A stretch of DNA of 64,000 nucleotides from Nemertoderma westbladi (lineage: Eukaryota > Animalia > Xenacoelomorpha), in contig JAUCBJ010008288.1 in the NCBI GenBank assembly GCA_032718475.1, forward strand, positions 20,883-84,882, written 5' to 3'. Below are positions 1-12,198 of the stretch, one piece after another. Below the pieces are notes generated by a model. It searched no databases, was not told the DNA's origin, and was given only the letters and a program-made list of their open reading frames with translations. The stretch's first letter is position 1. Every line of letters begins with the position of its first letter. The position numbers and the translations under genes were made by a program.

Positions 1-599
1 CAATTGTTACTTCGTTCTATTTTTCAATTTGCAATTTATTTATCAAATCAATCCATTATATCAAATCGTCGTAGGTTATGGTACAAAAATATTAGTTTAT
101 CTTCGCGATCAGGAAGTAGACGAGAGCGTTTCTCCTCAAATACATTACCAACCTCTACAAATATTCGCTCGGAATAAATTGAAGACGCTGCACGCTGGTG
201 ATACTAAATATATGTACAAGTATTTGTAAATTAGGAAACGCTCTTCTCGTCCCGTTTAGTTAGGATAATTGACATACTTATCTACTTCTAAATTCATAAT
301 ATTATAAAGTCAAATTCCTTATCATGACCTTGTTGATCATGATCCAGCACGTTATCTATCGACGCAGTACCTAACGCCCAAAGGACCAAATGATACCCTC
401 CCTCCCTCCAGTTCTGTTCATGCATAAAGGTACCATATAGCTGATTCAAGGAAAAAAGTGGTCGTATATAAAAAATCCAGCTTTGGCCGGCCGGTTTGAA
501 AGTTTGAAAATAGTCAATCCGGCACATCCCTAGTATAGGCCTTGCCTACATAAAGTAAGGCAGGTATGGCAGCCTAAATAGGTCTTTAAAATACCTGAG

Positions 600-1490
600 T
601 GTTTAAAGCTCATCTATCCCATCATATTAGACATGTACCGAACAACAAGAGTCCCACAAGAAATGAAAACAAATAAGTTGGTACCAGTTCCCAAGAAGGG
701 CAACCTAACACTCTATGGTTCTTTTCGGGGAATCTCATTGATCTCGATTGCTGCAAAGCTATACAATAGAATTCTATTAAATCGCATCAGGGATCCCATT
801 GAGAGACTGCTCCGTGGAAATCAGAATGGGTTCCGTAAAGGTCGTGGGACCATGGAGCCAATTTTGGCACTTAGAAGGATAATTGAAGAATTATCAAAAA
901 AGAAAGACAGGCATCTGGCTGTTATCTTTGTTGACTTCTTCAAGGCCTTTGATTCAGTCTCTCGGTCACGTATGTTCAGCATACTTTCATTATATGGGAT
1001 TCCTGATGAAATTATGGCAGCAATCAGATCAGTATACGATGGTTCGACAACATTTGTGTCTACTGTTGACGGTGACACAGAACCATTTGAAGTGTTATGC
1101 GGCGTCCTCCAGGGAGACACACTTGCACCATTCTTGTTCATAATTGTGGTTGACAATGTTCAACGCATGTCCTTAGATCATCATAATGCTTATTATTATT
1201 ATTATTATTTTATTATTTAATCACAAATGTTTAAAACAGAGGAGAAAAACATATGGTATTAAAAAACAACTAGGTTATTGCACGAGTATAAACAGGTACA
1301 AGGGAACACTTACAGTTGTCGCCCCTCAATAAGACACAGATAGAATTGGTATGACGAATATGGCACAAAATATGAAATAAAAATAAAAACAGACTCATAT
1401 TAAAAAACAGACAAAATCAATGAATCAAAAAATGATGATGGGGTGATGATAACTCCTCCTACTGGCTCCAGAAGTCGAGGAAATCCTGCT
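600..1490 (+). mobile_element. RTE-clade non-LTR retrotransposon fragment (RT region), interrupted at ~1189-1430 by a short (TTA)n-headed insertion
   Basis: ORF 633-1220 has LINE RT motifs (FRGISLISIAAKLYNRIL, QNGFRKGR, FVDFFKAFDSV, GVLQGDTLAPFLF). 1430-1490 continues the same sequence seen in the copy at 62857-63990. Start coordinate approximate. Confidence 0.9.
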
Positions 1491-1491
1491 G

Positions 1492-2540
1492 TTAAAAATA
1501 TCGAGTGTTGAAAAATATCGAGATGAAAAATATCGAGAGTAAAAATTCGAGTGTTGAAAATATCGAGAGTAAAAATATCGAGTGTTGAAAAATATCGAGA
1601 GTAAAAATTCGAGTGTTGAAAATATAGAGAGTAAAAATATCGAGTGTTGAAAAATATCGAGAGTAAAAATATCGAGTGTTGAAAAATGTCGAGTGTTGAA
1701 AAGTATCGAGAGTAAAAATATCGTGAGTAAAAATATCGAGTGTTGGAAAATATCGAGAGTAAAAATATCGAGAGTAAAAATATCGAGAGTAAAAATATCG
1801 AGTGTTGAAAAATGTCGAGAGTAAAAATATTGAGAGTAAAAATATCAAGTGTTGAAAAATATCGAGAGTAAAAATTAGAGTGTTGAAAATATCGAGAGTA
1901 AAAATATCGAGTGTTGAAAAATATCGAGAGTAAAAATATCGAGTGTTGAAAAATGTCGAGTGTTGAAAAGTATCGAGAGTAAAAATATCGTGAGTAAAAA
2001 TATCGAGTGTTGAAAAATGTCGTGTGTTGAAAAATATCGAGTGTTGAAAAATATCGAGTGTTGAAAAATATCGAGTGTTGAAAAATATCGAGAGTAAAAA
2101 TATCGAGTGTTGAAAAATGTCGAGTGTTGAAAAGTATCGAGAGTAAAAATAGCGAGTGTAAAAATATCGAGTGTTGAAAAATATCGAGTGTTGAAAAATA
2201 TCGAGAGTAAAAATATCGAGTGTTGAAAAATGTCGAGTGTTGAAAAGTATCGAGAGTAAAAATATCGTGAGTAAAAATATCGAGTGTTGAAAAATATCGA
2301 GTGTTGAAAAATATCGAGTGTTGAAAAATATCGAGTGTTGAAAAATATCGAGTGTTGAAAAATATCGAGAGTAAAAATTCGAGTGTTGAAAATATCGAGA
2401 GTAAAAATATCGAGTGTTGAAAAATATCGAGAGTAAAAATATCGAGTGTTGAAAAATGTCGAGTGTTGAAAAGTATCGAGAGTAAAAATATCGAGAGTAA
2501 AAATATCGAGAGTAAAAATATCGAGTGTTGAAAAATACTG
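1492..2540. repeat. Composite minisatellite of interspersed 17-bp (GAGTGTTGAAAAATATC) and 15-bp (GAGAGTAAAAATATC) monomers
   Basis: Directly visible tandem array of about 1 kb; the long minus-strand ORFs here are repeat artefacts. Confidence 0.95.
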
Positions 2541-3119
2541 CATAAAAATGCAATACAGATCAAAATGCAATGCAAAAAAAATACTGCGGTAAAAATAATG
2601 CATTTTGCGTGAGCATTTCATTTAGAATTATGGGACAATATTGCAGTGCATGGGTTACAACAGTGCAAGTGCAAGTAAATGGCATTAATACACCTTGGGT
2701 ATTGGGTACCCATTTACCAGATTTATTATACTAGCTAGTTTTTCCTATTTTTTTAATTTAAAAAATATTATAGAAAAAGTGCTAGCTATCAATTTTGATA
2801 AATATTTTTGTTCTAGAACACATTTTTTAGTTGTAGAATTTTTAGCTGAGAATGTCTTCCTTCGTGAGGCGAAACCTACCGGACAGCCGTCAACTGATCA
2901 CGGATTGCCTAACGGATTGCATGAAACCGCCTAAGTTCAGTTGCCTATTAGTTTTTTTTACATACAATTGTCCTTGCATACCTACCGGTAAGGTTTTTTA
3001 CTTAACATGCTTAACAATAAATAATATAATTATCAATTAACGATATTTATTAACACACAAATTTTAAAAAGTTATTTAAAATTTTCGAAATGAGAGTGGG
3101 TCTAATACGGTAAAAAAAA

Positions 3120-3375
3120 ATGCGTGCGAACGACTTAGTATGTCGTGCGAAGGACTTACTAAGTCGTGCGAACGACTTACTAAGTCGTGCGAACGGCATA
3201 CTAAGTCGTGTGAACGATTTACTAAGTCGTGCGAACGACATACTAAGTCGTGCGAACGACTTACTAAGTCGTGCGAACGACATACTAACTCGTGCGAACG
3301 ACTTACTAAGTCGTGCGAACGACATACTAACTCGTGCGAACGACTTACTAAGTCGTGCGAACGACTTACTAACTT
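3120..3375 (+). repeat. 21-bp subterminal tandem repeat (AAGTCGTGCGAACGACTTACT), about 12 copies, left arm
   Basis: Visible array; each unit contains the dyad AAGTCGT...ACGACTT. Confidence 0.95.
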
Positions 3376-3597
3376 TACTTTGATTGGCTAAATAGTAATA
3401 AAAGTACAACCTTTTTAGCGGGATTTTCAATTCAATCGACAGCATTTGTTGATGTCATTATTGGTTGAAAATATTATTATCAATGGCTGAACGCGCTCTG
3501 TTAACATCGACGTACTTTAACTTAGGCCTAACAGATGTCATCTGCTTTAAAACTAAATAATGAAATTTTCCTAAGCTGCGCCATCGATGTAACAGGT

Positions 3598-3837
3598 CTA
3601 TTGCATATTGTCTGTGTGATCTCTACGGATGAACTTCTGAAAGTCTCGAACGCGAACATTTTCTGTTCCAAAATCCCCACAAACAATCCGCGGATCACCC
3701 TTGTTCTCAGTTATCGCTTCCAGGAAGTAGCCCCCGATAAATTTACTGTCATTGTTGGTGTTATACACGTTCAACCAAATCATTTTCCGGGAATATCCAT
3801 CAATGCACCCACTGGTTTCATTAGGGATGTTACGCAT
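3598..3837 (-). pseudogene. Integrase-core (DDE) transposase fragment, IS3EU-like
   Basis: GCIDGYSRKMIWLNVYNTNND...YFLEAI...PRIVCGDFGTEN matches the first two acidic motifs of eukaryotic IS3-like transposases. Confidence 0.8.
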
Positions 3838-4374
3838 TACTTATTCGAATTAATTTTATTAAGAACGAGCGTAAGCGACTGAGTGAAATATGAAACGAGA
3901 GCCTGAAAGTGAAATACGGGTACGTACTTTATTTAAATCGAATATTGTGGCGGAGTCACAATATTGTACAATACTCTAAATAGTAGGACCTATCTCACCT
4001 CCCCCCAAAACCTGAGATTTCGACTACAGCTGTTCGATACAATAGTGAGATGGGAATGTTGCTTAGCAACACAGCAACAACACCTGACACTATAATCAGC
4101 TTATCTAACAGCGCTGACCGTAGATAATACAGCTATTTACTGAATAAGTTAAAATAAAATTAATATGTTAAAGATATTATAATTTGCTACAATATGTCGG
4201 TTGTATTGTCGGCCTAAGTTAAAGTACGTCGATATTAACAGAGCGCGTTCAGCCATTGATAATAATATTTTCAACCAATAATGCCATCAACAAATGCTGT
4301 AGATTGAATTGAAAATCCCGCTAAAAAGGTTGTACTTTTATTACCAGTATTATTTAGCCAATCAAAGTAAAGTT

Positions 4375-4630
4375 AGTAAGTCGTTCGCACGCGTTAGTTA
4401 AGTCGTTCGCACGACTTAGTATGTCGTTCGCACGACTTAGTAAGTCGTTCGCACGAGTTAGTAGGTCGTTCGCACGAGTTAGTTAAGTCGTTCGCACGAC
4501 TTAGTATGTCGTTCGCACGACTTAGTAAGTCGTTCGCACGAGTTAGTATGTCGTTCGCACGAGTTAGTTAAGTCGTTCGCACGACATACTAAGTCGTTCG
4601 CACGACATACTAAGTCGTTCGCACGAGTTA
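4375..4630 (-). repeat. 21-bp subterminal tandem repeat, right arm (inverted relative to 3120-3375)
   Basis: AGTAAGTCGTTCGCACGACTT units are the reverse complement of the left array. Confidence 0.95.
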
Positions 4631-4809
4631 GCGAAAAAATTTTTTTTCTCATGTCCCTTTAGGGGCTCCGTAGTCTAAAGTTTAGCAATTTATATAATTA
4701 TGAAATGTATAGTATAATCAACATTGCACTATAAACAGCACACTACACGAATTTTAGCTATGGTCGGAGATCTGACTAGTCAACTACTGTATCTTCCTTT
4801 ATTATTATT

Positions 4810-5027
4810 CTAATTCTCCGCTTTTCTTGTTGTTATTTCATTGAGTTTTACCATGGAATCTTTCTTGTGTAGTTCGATATTTGGTTTTTGTACTAGTTGT
4901 GGGCTGTTACCATCGTCCACTACAACACACGGAACCATTGTCTCCTTGGTTCCCTTTCTGTCTCGTCGTTTATTTACGGTGTAATTACTCCGGGTTCGCT
5001 GTATCAAATCGAATCGTCTGCGTCGAC
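4810..5027 (-). CDS. GPCR terminal coding exon (C-terminal tail)
   Basis: Acceptor ctaattaacgcag|GT; phase 1 matches the TM7 exon, giving ...LAMIR-G-RRRRFDLIQRTRSNY...TRKAEN*. AATAAA follows the stop (4803-4798). Confidence 0.75.
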
Positions 5028-5089
5028 CTGCGTTAATTAGTTAATATAATAATAGATTCGTACATATAGCTAATTCATAATATCGTTAC

Positions 5090-8000
5090 TGTAAGCGCGT
5101 ATTATTTACGTTATACTGTTTCGGGATAACATTATTGATGGCAGTTTAATCTAATTAGTATATTTACGTAAGTTATCACAATAGTTAATGTTATTAACCA
5201 AGTTTACAGTCTAACTTACTTTGTGGCTCGCCCCATAGGCAGGATCGTTATCTGCTCGCATTATTATACTGTATGTAGCCCATTGTATTATTGCAAATAG
5301 AACATATCATGTTCACTTAATAGACGTAAGATGGCGTATTGCTAGCTGATATATATAGGCATGACACAGTAGTGTTAGAACCATTATTACTACTATTATT
5401 ATCATTGTTATCTGATATCTGACTTCCGGTGGCAGTGTGACATTCAGTATTTTGATGGTACCGGTAGCGGTAATATGAATCCGTCAATGTATATGGAGTA
5501 GCCGGGCCTATTTCGGGCTGTTGGCCGGTTCAGTCTGGGATGTGATAGGGCTAGTTTGCGCTAGGGTTTCACGGGATTATTTATATTGTGGGGGGCTTAT
5601 TTTATATGGTACGGTATCAAAATTAAAAATACTATAATGTTCAATGTATTGTGGTAATTATTGTGATACGTAACAAAGCCCCACAGTTTTATTTAGTGCT
5701 ATTGCAAATGATATTGCTAATGTTATTGCTATTGCTATAAATTGCTGTACATCGTTTTATATTCGAGTAATATTTCCGTAATTACATTTCAGTATTTGAT
5801 TGACATGACATATTAAAACGTAAAATAAATAAGAAAGTTTTTGTATAAAACTTGAGCATTTCAAAAGCATCTAACTCTCAATTAAAAGAGGGGAAAAACA
5901 AGGGGTTTTTATTCGATGTCCATGTGACGCATTAACGCGCTCACATTTTCTAAATAAAACTGTGGGGGTTTGTTACGTATCACATGTTGGATGGGAGACG
6001 TGTGTAAAATATATAATATATCTAAGTTCGTAGTGAGTAATGTAGGGTAGGGGCAACTAATATCTTTCATTACCTTTTCAGGATGTGGACCGGTGGCGCA
6101 ACAGGGAGCTAATTTGTCAATATACTTTGTGTGTATGCTTACTTAGTATATATGTCGCGTACAGGTGTGTGTGTAGGTGTACCTGTACGTATATGTGGTC
6201 CGCATTACGTAATGACTGTATCGCTATTTAATTAAATCAATGTCATGTATGTGTCTTGCACGATTTTTCATAGCTAAGTTAGTGTTGTTGGCTTTATGCT
6301 CCATCTAAATAATTTAACTAAAAATTGGGATCGTCAAATAAAATTTAAGTTTTGGCTTAGAAGTTAATGTATCACGATATTTTTCGCGGTCCATTCTGCA
6401 AAATTAGTATTTTATCTACTTGAAACTTATGGTGTGTTGTGGAATGACTTCAGCCAGTTCCAATCAACATAGCATAAGTGAGTCTTCGCTTTTGGCTAAA
6501 CCAATTATAATAACTTACGTATGATCAACTTTTAATTGATCAAACAAGTGATTACTTCTAGCGCTTACTATTGATCCCAGGAACTGTAAGTCCGATAGCT
6601 GTTTTAGACTGGCATGCAACTGACTAAGAAACTCTATAGGAAACATATTGGTGGAACGCAGAAGGAATGAACCGCTCATAAATGGACGAACGGATCGAGT
6701 TCCCCGAGTATCCTCGACATGTGTGGAACGACATGGCGGATATCATAGGCCCTAGTTGGAGGGACGAAATGCACAGAGAGAGGTTCAATTACCTTTACCC
6801 GGCGCCGTTATGGACTCTTGAAGCTCTAACCATACCAAGCGTTCATATTATTCGCCCATTACGACTACAAACTCGAATTCGACGTCAGGTAGTCTGGCTA
6901 TGAGCCACTCGCGTTCCTCAACGAACTCTACGGGCTGGAGCTGATACTTATTAGAATGTAAATCATTTATTAATTTCCCAGTAGCATGGTATTCGTCCTG
7001 CAGTCGCAGTTCCCTTGTGACATCGCAATCGAGACGCACGAGACCCCGCCATTGGTATATATATATGGCACACTACCCTGATCACTGACACCTTAAAGAA
7101 CGACTATTTTGTATTATATTGCACTAAAGAAAGACTATTTTGTATTATATTGCACTAAAGAAAGACTATTTTGTATTATATTGCACTAAAGGAAGTCTAT
7201 TTTGTATTATATTGCACTAAAGAAAGACTATTTTGTATTATATTGCACTAAAGGAAGTCTATTTTGTATTATATTGCACTAAAGAAAGACTATTTTGTAT
7301 TATATTGCACTAAAGAAAGACTATTTTGTATTATATTGCACTAAAGAAAGACTATTTTGTATTATATTGCACTAAAGAAAGACTATTTTGTATTATATTG
7401 CACTAAAGAAAGAGACTATTTTGTATTATATTGCACTAAAGAAAGACTATTTTGTATTATATTGTGTACTAAAGAAAGTCTATCTCTGTTATATTTGAAT
7501 TCCACGTAAATGTATGGTATGTTTATTTACTACATTTATTTTCTCAATACATTTTATTGATAAGATACAAACATCTAAAAATTATATTAAGTAGAGAATT
7601 TTGATTCAGATAAAGTTTAATCTTACTTAATCAGTCTTAATTTTATATTATAACTCGAAGTATCCGTTGTAGTATGTCTTACCTATATCCTAATTATAAA
7701 TATATTACTTGTGCAATATGTAAAAATAATTACGCCGTGTATATTTGTTGTAAGTCGTGAATTTGAGAAAATTCACTGGTGGTGGGTGTAAGCGCGTATT
7801 ATTTACGTTATACTGTTTCGGGATAACATTATTGATGGCAGTTTAATCTAATTAGTATATTTACGTAAGTTATCAAAATAGTTAATGTTATTAACCAAGT
7901 TTACAGTCTAACTTACTTTGTGGCTCGCCCCATAGGCAGGATCGTTATCTGCTTGCATTATTATACTGTATGTAGCCCATTGTATTATTGCAAATAGAAC

Positions 8001-8654
8001 ATATCATGTTCATTTACTAGACGTAAGATGGCGTATTGCTAGCTGATATATATAGGCATGACACAGCAGTGTTAGAACCATTATTACTACTATTATTATC
8101 ATTGTTATCTGATATCTGACTTCCGGCGGTGGCAGTGTGACATTCAGTATTTTGATGGTACCGGTAGCGGTAATATGAATCCGTCAATGTATATGGAGTA
8201 GCCGGGCCTATTTCGGGCTGTTGGCCGGTTCAGTCTGGGATGTGATAGGGCTAGTTTGCGCTAGGGTTTCACGGGATTATTTATATTGTGGGGGGCTTAT
8301 TTTATATGGTACGGTATCAAAATTAAAAATACTATAATGTTCAATGTATTGTGGTAATTATTGTGATACGTAACAAAGCCCCACAGTTTTATTTAGTGCT
8401 ATTGCAAATGATATTGCTAATGTTATTGCTATTGCTATAAATTACTATAAATTGCTGTACATCGTTTTATATTCGAGTAATAATTTCGTAATTGCATTTC
8501 AGTATTTGATTGACATGACATATTAAAACGTAAAATAAATAAGAAAGTTTTGTATAAAACTTGAGCATTTCAAAAGCATCTAACTCTCAATTAAAAGAGG
8601 GGAAAAACAAGGGGTTTTTATTCGATGTCCATGTGACGCATTAACGCGCTCACA
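5090..8654 (+). mobile_element. Non-autonomous LTR retroelement (LTRs 5090-5945 and 7787-8654)
   Basis: Two near-identical ~860-bp direct repeats, TGTAAGCGCG...CGCGCTCACA. 5-bp TSD GTTAC/GTTGC (one mismatch); G-rich PPT GGTGGTGGG before 7787; no gag/pol inside. Confidence 0.88.
7102..7490. repeat. 31-bp tandem repeat (GACTATTTTGTATTATATTGCACTAAAGAAA), about 12 copies, inside the non-autonomous LTR element
   Basis: Visible array. Confidence 0.95.
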
Positions 8655-9452
8655 GTTGCCTTTTTTTTGCGAGATGACGTTTAAGACAATTTATTAGAAA
8701 TCAGTTTCTAAATGTACAGTATTTTATTAATTTATTTAAAACTAGAAGTTATTATATTAAAATAATACTAGGCTGAGCTGTGAAACGTCTTTTTACGTTT
8801 TCACTATTTGTTATTATATTTTCACGTAGCTTTTTTTGGTATTTGAAAGAGTCTGTCTCTGCAACCGACACCATAAAAACACACCGGTTGTCACCAAGTT
8901 AATGTTTTAGAAAATACGATTTTCCTTTCCATATTCTGTTATTTCGACCCCCCCCCCCCCCCCCCCCGTTTGTAAAATCTACGTCGTAAGCCGACAGCCG
9001 TACAATAATTATTGTGAACAAAATTGAAACTGTATAACGTGTTCGCACTGCATTCTTGTTTATTGATTTTGATACTACTGTAGCTCTGCTGTTGCTATAT
9101 GTAGTATCCAGTGCAATGTATTTCAAACTTTGATATACGGTTTACTTTCGTTATGTGCATTGTTCATATTTTATGGAAATAATGGAAAGGAAATTATTAA
9201 ATTGAATATTGATTTGATTATGCCATTGTAACCGGTTACCTTCCCTAAACGTTAGGTACGATTTGTGGCTGTTGTCGCCTGAAAGCTTTCAGGGTAGCAT
9301 TTACACCCATTGAACCCTTCAGAATGCAAATGACATCATATTCAACTCGAGTGATTGAGGTTGTGGATAAAAATGTATTCGATCGGAACGGGTCTAATAT
9401 AATATATATCATATGATATATTTCAACTTACAGTACTTACATAAATCTGATG

Positions 9453-10247
9453 GTCTCTCTCCCCGTACCGGTAACAGAGCCCCACTACTACTAACCTCGT
9501 TCTCTCTCTCCCCATACCAGTAACAGAGCCCCACTACTACTAACCTCGTTCTCTCTCTCCCTGTACCGGTAACAGAGCCCCACTACTACCAAACTCGTTC
9601 TCTCTCTCCCCGTACCGGTAACAGAGCCCCACTACTACTAACCTCGTTCTCTATCTCCCTGTACCGGTAACAGAGCCCCACTACTACTAACCTCGTTCTC
9701 TCTCTCCCTGTACCGGTAACAGAGCCCCACTATTACTAACCTCGTTCTCTCTCTCCCCGTACCAGTAACAGAGCCCCACTACTACTAACCTCATTCTCTC
9801 TCTCCCCGTAACAGTAACAGAGCCCCACTACTACTAACCTCGTTCTCTCTCTCCCCGTACCAGTAACAGAGCCCCACTACTACTAACCTCGTTCTCTCTC
9901 TCCCCGTACCAGTAACAGAGCCCCACTACTACTAACCTCATTCTCTCTCTCCCCGTAACAGTAACAGAGCCCCACTACTACCAACCTCGTTCTCTCTCTC
10001 CCCGTACCGGTAACAGAGCCCCACTATTACTAATCTCGTTCTCTCTCTCCCTGTACCACTAACAGAACCCCACTACTACTAATCTCGTTCTCTCTCTCCC
10101 TGTACCGGTAACAGAGCCCCACTACTACTAACCTCGTTCTCTCTCTCCCCGTAACAGTAACAGAGCCCCACTACTACGAACCTCGTTCTCTCTCTCCCCA
10201 TACCAGTAACAGAGCCCCACTACTACTAACCTCATTCTCTCTCTCCC
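9453..10247. repeat. 49-bp minisatellite, segment 1 (about 16 units)
   Basis: Unit CTCTCTCTCCCCGTACCGGTAACAGAGCCCCACTACTACTAACCTCGTT; period measured 9612 to 9661. Confidence 0.95.
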
Positions 10248-12198
10248 TTTTTTTTTTTACTCAAAAGCCTCCATATATTATAATATTAACAAACAATAAT
10301 TCGAATATAAAAACGCACCAAAACAAGTACAAATATAACCCACCACCAGCTTATTCAAACTGTTACCTAGCAACAATACAAACAATACAAATTGGTTCAG
10401 TACCCATCACCAGTCTGCCACTCTGCCACTGCCAGTACCCAACAAACCCGCCAGACCTCTAACATCTAAGCCGTCCCGGGGTCCGAGTCCGCGTTCGCCC
10501 ACACAATGGACGCGTCCGCCACCGCTGCCCGCGCCGGTCTCCTAGCGGCCGACCGAAACCCACGGAGGCACATCAGGGACGACCGGAGTAAGGCGAAATT
10601 GATGCGTCGCCGCACCCACGCTACCGACTCCGGGTAGGGAACCTGTCGTTTCTCCGACAGCCTCAACGCCAGCCGCTTGACAAACTGCTTCGCAGCCGGC
10701 GCCATGCCCCCGAAAGCGGAAAATATGAGGGGGGTGAAGGTTGAGTGCTCAACCTCACGGATCCACTCCTCGTATCTCCGGATCTTCCTCGCCTCGTGAT
10801 GGAGGTGGGCGGCGTCCAGCGACATCGCTGCGTTGGTGTCCGCCAGCGGGTTGAACACCGACACGTCGATAAACATCTTCTGGAAGCGGTTGCCCCAGAA
10901 TCCGCTTACCGACACGTCGAGTCTCGCCTGCTGGTCCATCGAGGTGGACCGGAGAGTGAAGGACTCCCCCGTCAGCGGCTGGAGCATTGGCTCGACAGCC
11001 ACGTTGTGGGCCACCTCAGTCAGGGAGTCGGCGACGAAATCGCGGATCTCATTGTGTCTAATTGAGGGGAACCCCCCAGTGGGACACGACAGAACGTGGG
11101 AAGGAGAAAATCGAGACCCACAGACACAACGAGAGGGAAGATTTCTTGGCGACCAACCGTACCAGAGACAAACTGCGTCACGGAACTCTTCCTTGGACAG
11201 GTGAGTGTTGTGCAACGTTAAGGGTTTGGTATTTAGCCAGACAGACGCACCTTTCTCAGTAGTTAGTCCGCACAAATTGTGCATTTCACTACTTAATTTG
11301 TCATAAACCTCCTCCTTTTTAGCTTTCGCTACAACAGAGGAGGAGGCTGCAACTAACTTCGCTACGTGCGTCTGCTCTTCCCTAACTGCCACCATTGACT
11401 CGCCCTCCATGGAGATGAACGGGTCGCAGATCCTCCGGGAGTTCTCATATTGGGGTCGTAGATCCTCGGGAACGGGGATCCCCAGCCCCCCATCCCGAAC
11501 CAGTAGCGACAGCAACTCGCGTTCCGTCGCCGATACTGCCGGCCGGTCAATGATCCGGCAGAGGCACTGTTCCACGGCCTCCTCCAACTTCCCAAAAGAA
11601 TCCGTGGCCCCCGGGACGATGCGCGCCAAGAACTGCCACCAGCAGGAGAGACCGAAGGCGAGGCCGGCGTACGCGCAGTGCGGGTCGACTGCGGCGATGG
11701 TGGCGAGGCGATCCACATCGGCGGCGAACTCCTTCACCTTCCGCTCGGTGTACTTGCGCTGGAACTCCTCGGTCCCGATTACTCCGCCGAGGAGTTTGTT
11801 CCCCACCGAGTCGATGGCAACGCCGGTGTCCGCGAAAATCTCCTTCGCCTCCTCCAACTTCTCCGGCTTGACGGTGAGGCAGCACTTAGTCGGGTAGTAC
11901 CCGTAGAGAGGCCCCCTCACTGAGACCACGTCCCAGAAATTCCGGAGTTCCTTGAGTTTCCCCACGGCATTCCCGTCGTCCGCATACCACTTCTGAACGA
12001 CAGTACAGGCGCGCATAAGCTCGGCGAGTAACGGGATGAGACCGACGCCAAACATCGGCATCGCCACCGGGTCGCCCTGCATCGAGCCCTCCTCCGAGAA
12101 CATCGTCTCGCCCCCCACGAACAAACACGACGGCTGGTCATAGCAATTCACTACGATGGTGTGAAGCGCGGGGCAGACCAGCTGGATGTTTTGCCCTG
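10248..12198 (-). mobile_element. 5'-truncated CRE-clade non-LTR retrotransposon (RT + CCHC finger + restriction-like endonuclease)
   Basis: Poly(A) tail as T11 at 10248-10258; 12-bp TSD TCTCTCTCTCCC (10236-10247, 12199-12210); open ORF with CRE-type motifs. Confidence 0.88.
10466..12196 (-). CDS. C-terminal part of CRE-clade RT/REL polyprotein
   Basis: GSMQGDP, WYADD, RDGGLGIP, CVC-x7-H-x3-C, RHNEIRD, ARLDV...FIDV...HEARKIRRYE, FTPLIFSAFGG. The ORF track's first ~12 aa come from the flanking minisatellite. Confidence 0.88.
   Translation of the reverse strand, partial: GQNIQLVCPALHTIVVNCYDQPSCLFVGGETMFSEEGSMQGDPVAMPMFGVGLIPLLAELMRACTVVQKWYADDGNAVGKLKELRNFWDVVSVRGPLYGYYPTKCCLTVKPEKLEEAKEIFADTGVAIDSVGNKLLGGVIGTEEFQRKYTERKVKEFAADVDRLATIAAVDPHCAYAGLAFGLSCWWQFLARIVPGATDSFGKLEEAVEQCLCRIIDRPAVSATERELLSLLVRDGGLGIPVPEDLRPQYENSRRICDPFISMEGESMVAVREEQTHVAKLVAASSSVVAKAKKEEVYDKLSSEMHNLCGLTTEKGASVWLNTKPLTLHNTHLSKEEFRDAVCLWYGWSPRNLPSRCVCGSRFSPSHVLSCPTGGFPSIRHNEIRDFVADSLTEVAHNVAVEPMLQPLTGESFTLRSTSMDQQARLDVSVSGFWGNRFQKMFIDVSVFNPLADTNAAMSLDAAHLHHEARKIRRYEEWIREVEHSTFTPLIFSAFGGMAPAAKQFVKRLALRLSEKRQVPYPESVAWVRRRINFALLRSSLMCLRGFRSAARRPARAAVADASIVWANADSDPGTA

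Larger units (their letters stand above)
3106..4672 (-). mobile_element. Internally deleted IS3EU-type DNA transposon with long foldback arms
   Basis: Termini TACGG...CCGTA; 6-bp TSD GTCTAA (3100-3105, 4673-4678). Arms ~3120-3530 and ~4214-4630 are inverted copies; a transposase remnant lies inside. Confidence 0.8.

Noticed and set aside
1400-2621. Three long minus-strand ORFs (248-391 aa)
   Set aside because: Stop-free translations of a 15/17-bp minisatellite.
3050-3445. Heptad-like ORFs (SRANDLL, FARLSKS)
   Set aside because: Translations of the 21-bp transposon subterminal repeat.
9433-9490. GTAAGT donor at the distal end of the minisatellite suggesting a hidden exon
   Set aside because: No polypyrimidine acceptor, and the TM7 exon already joins the terminal exon in frame.
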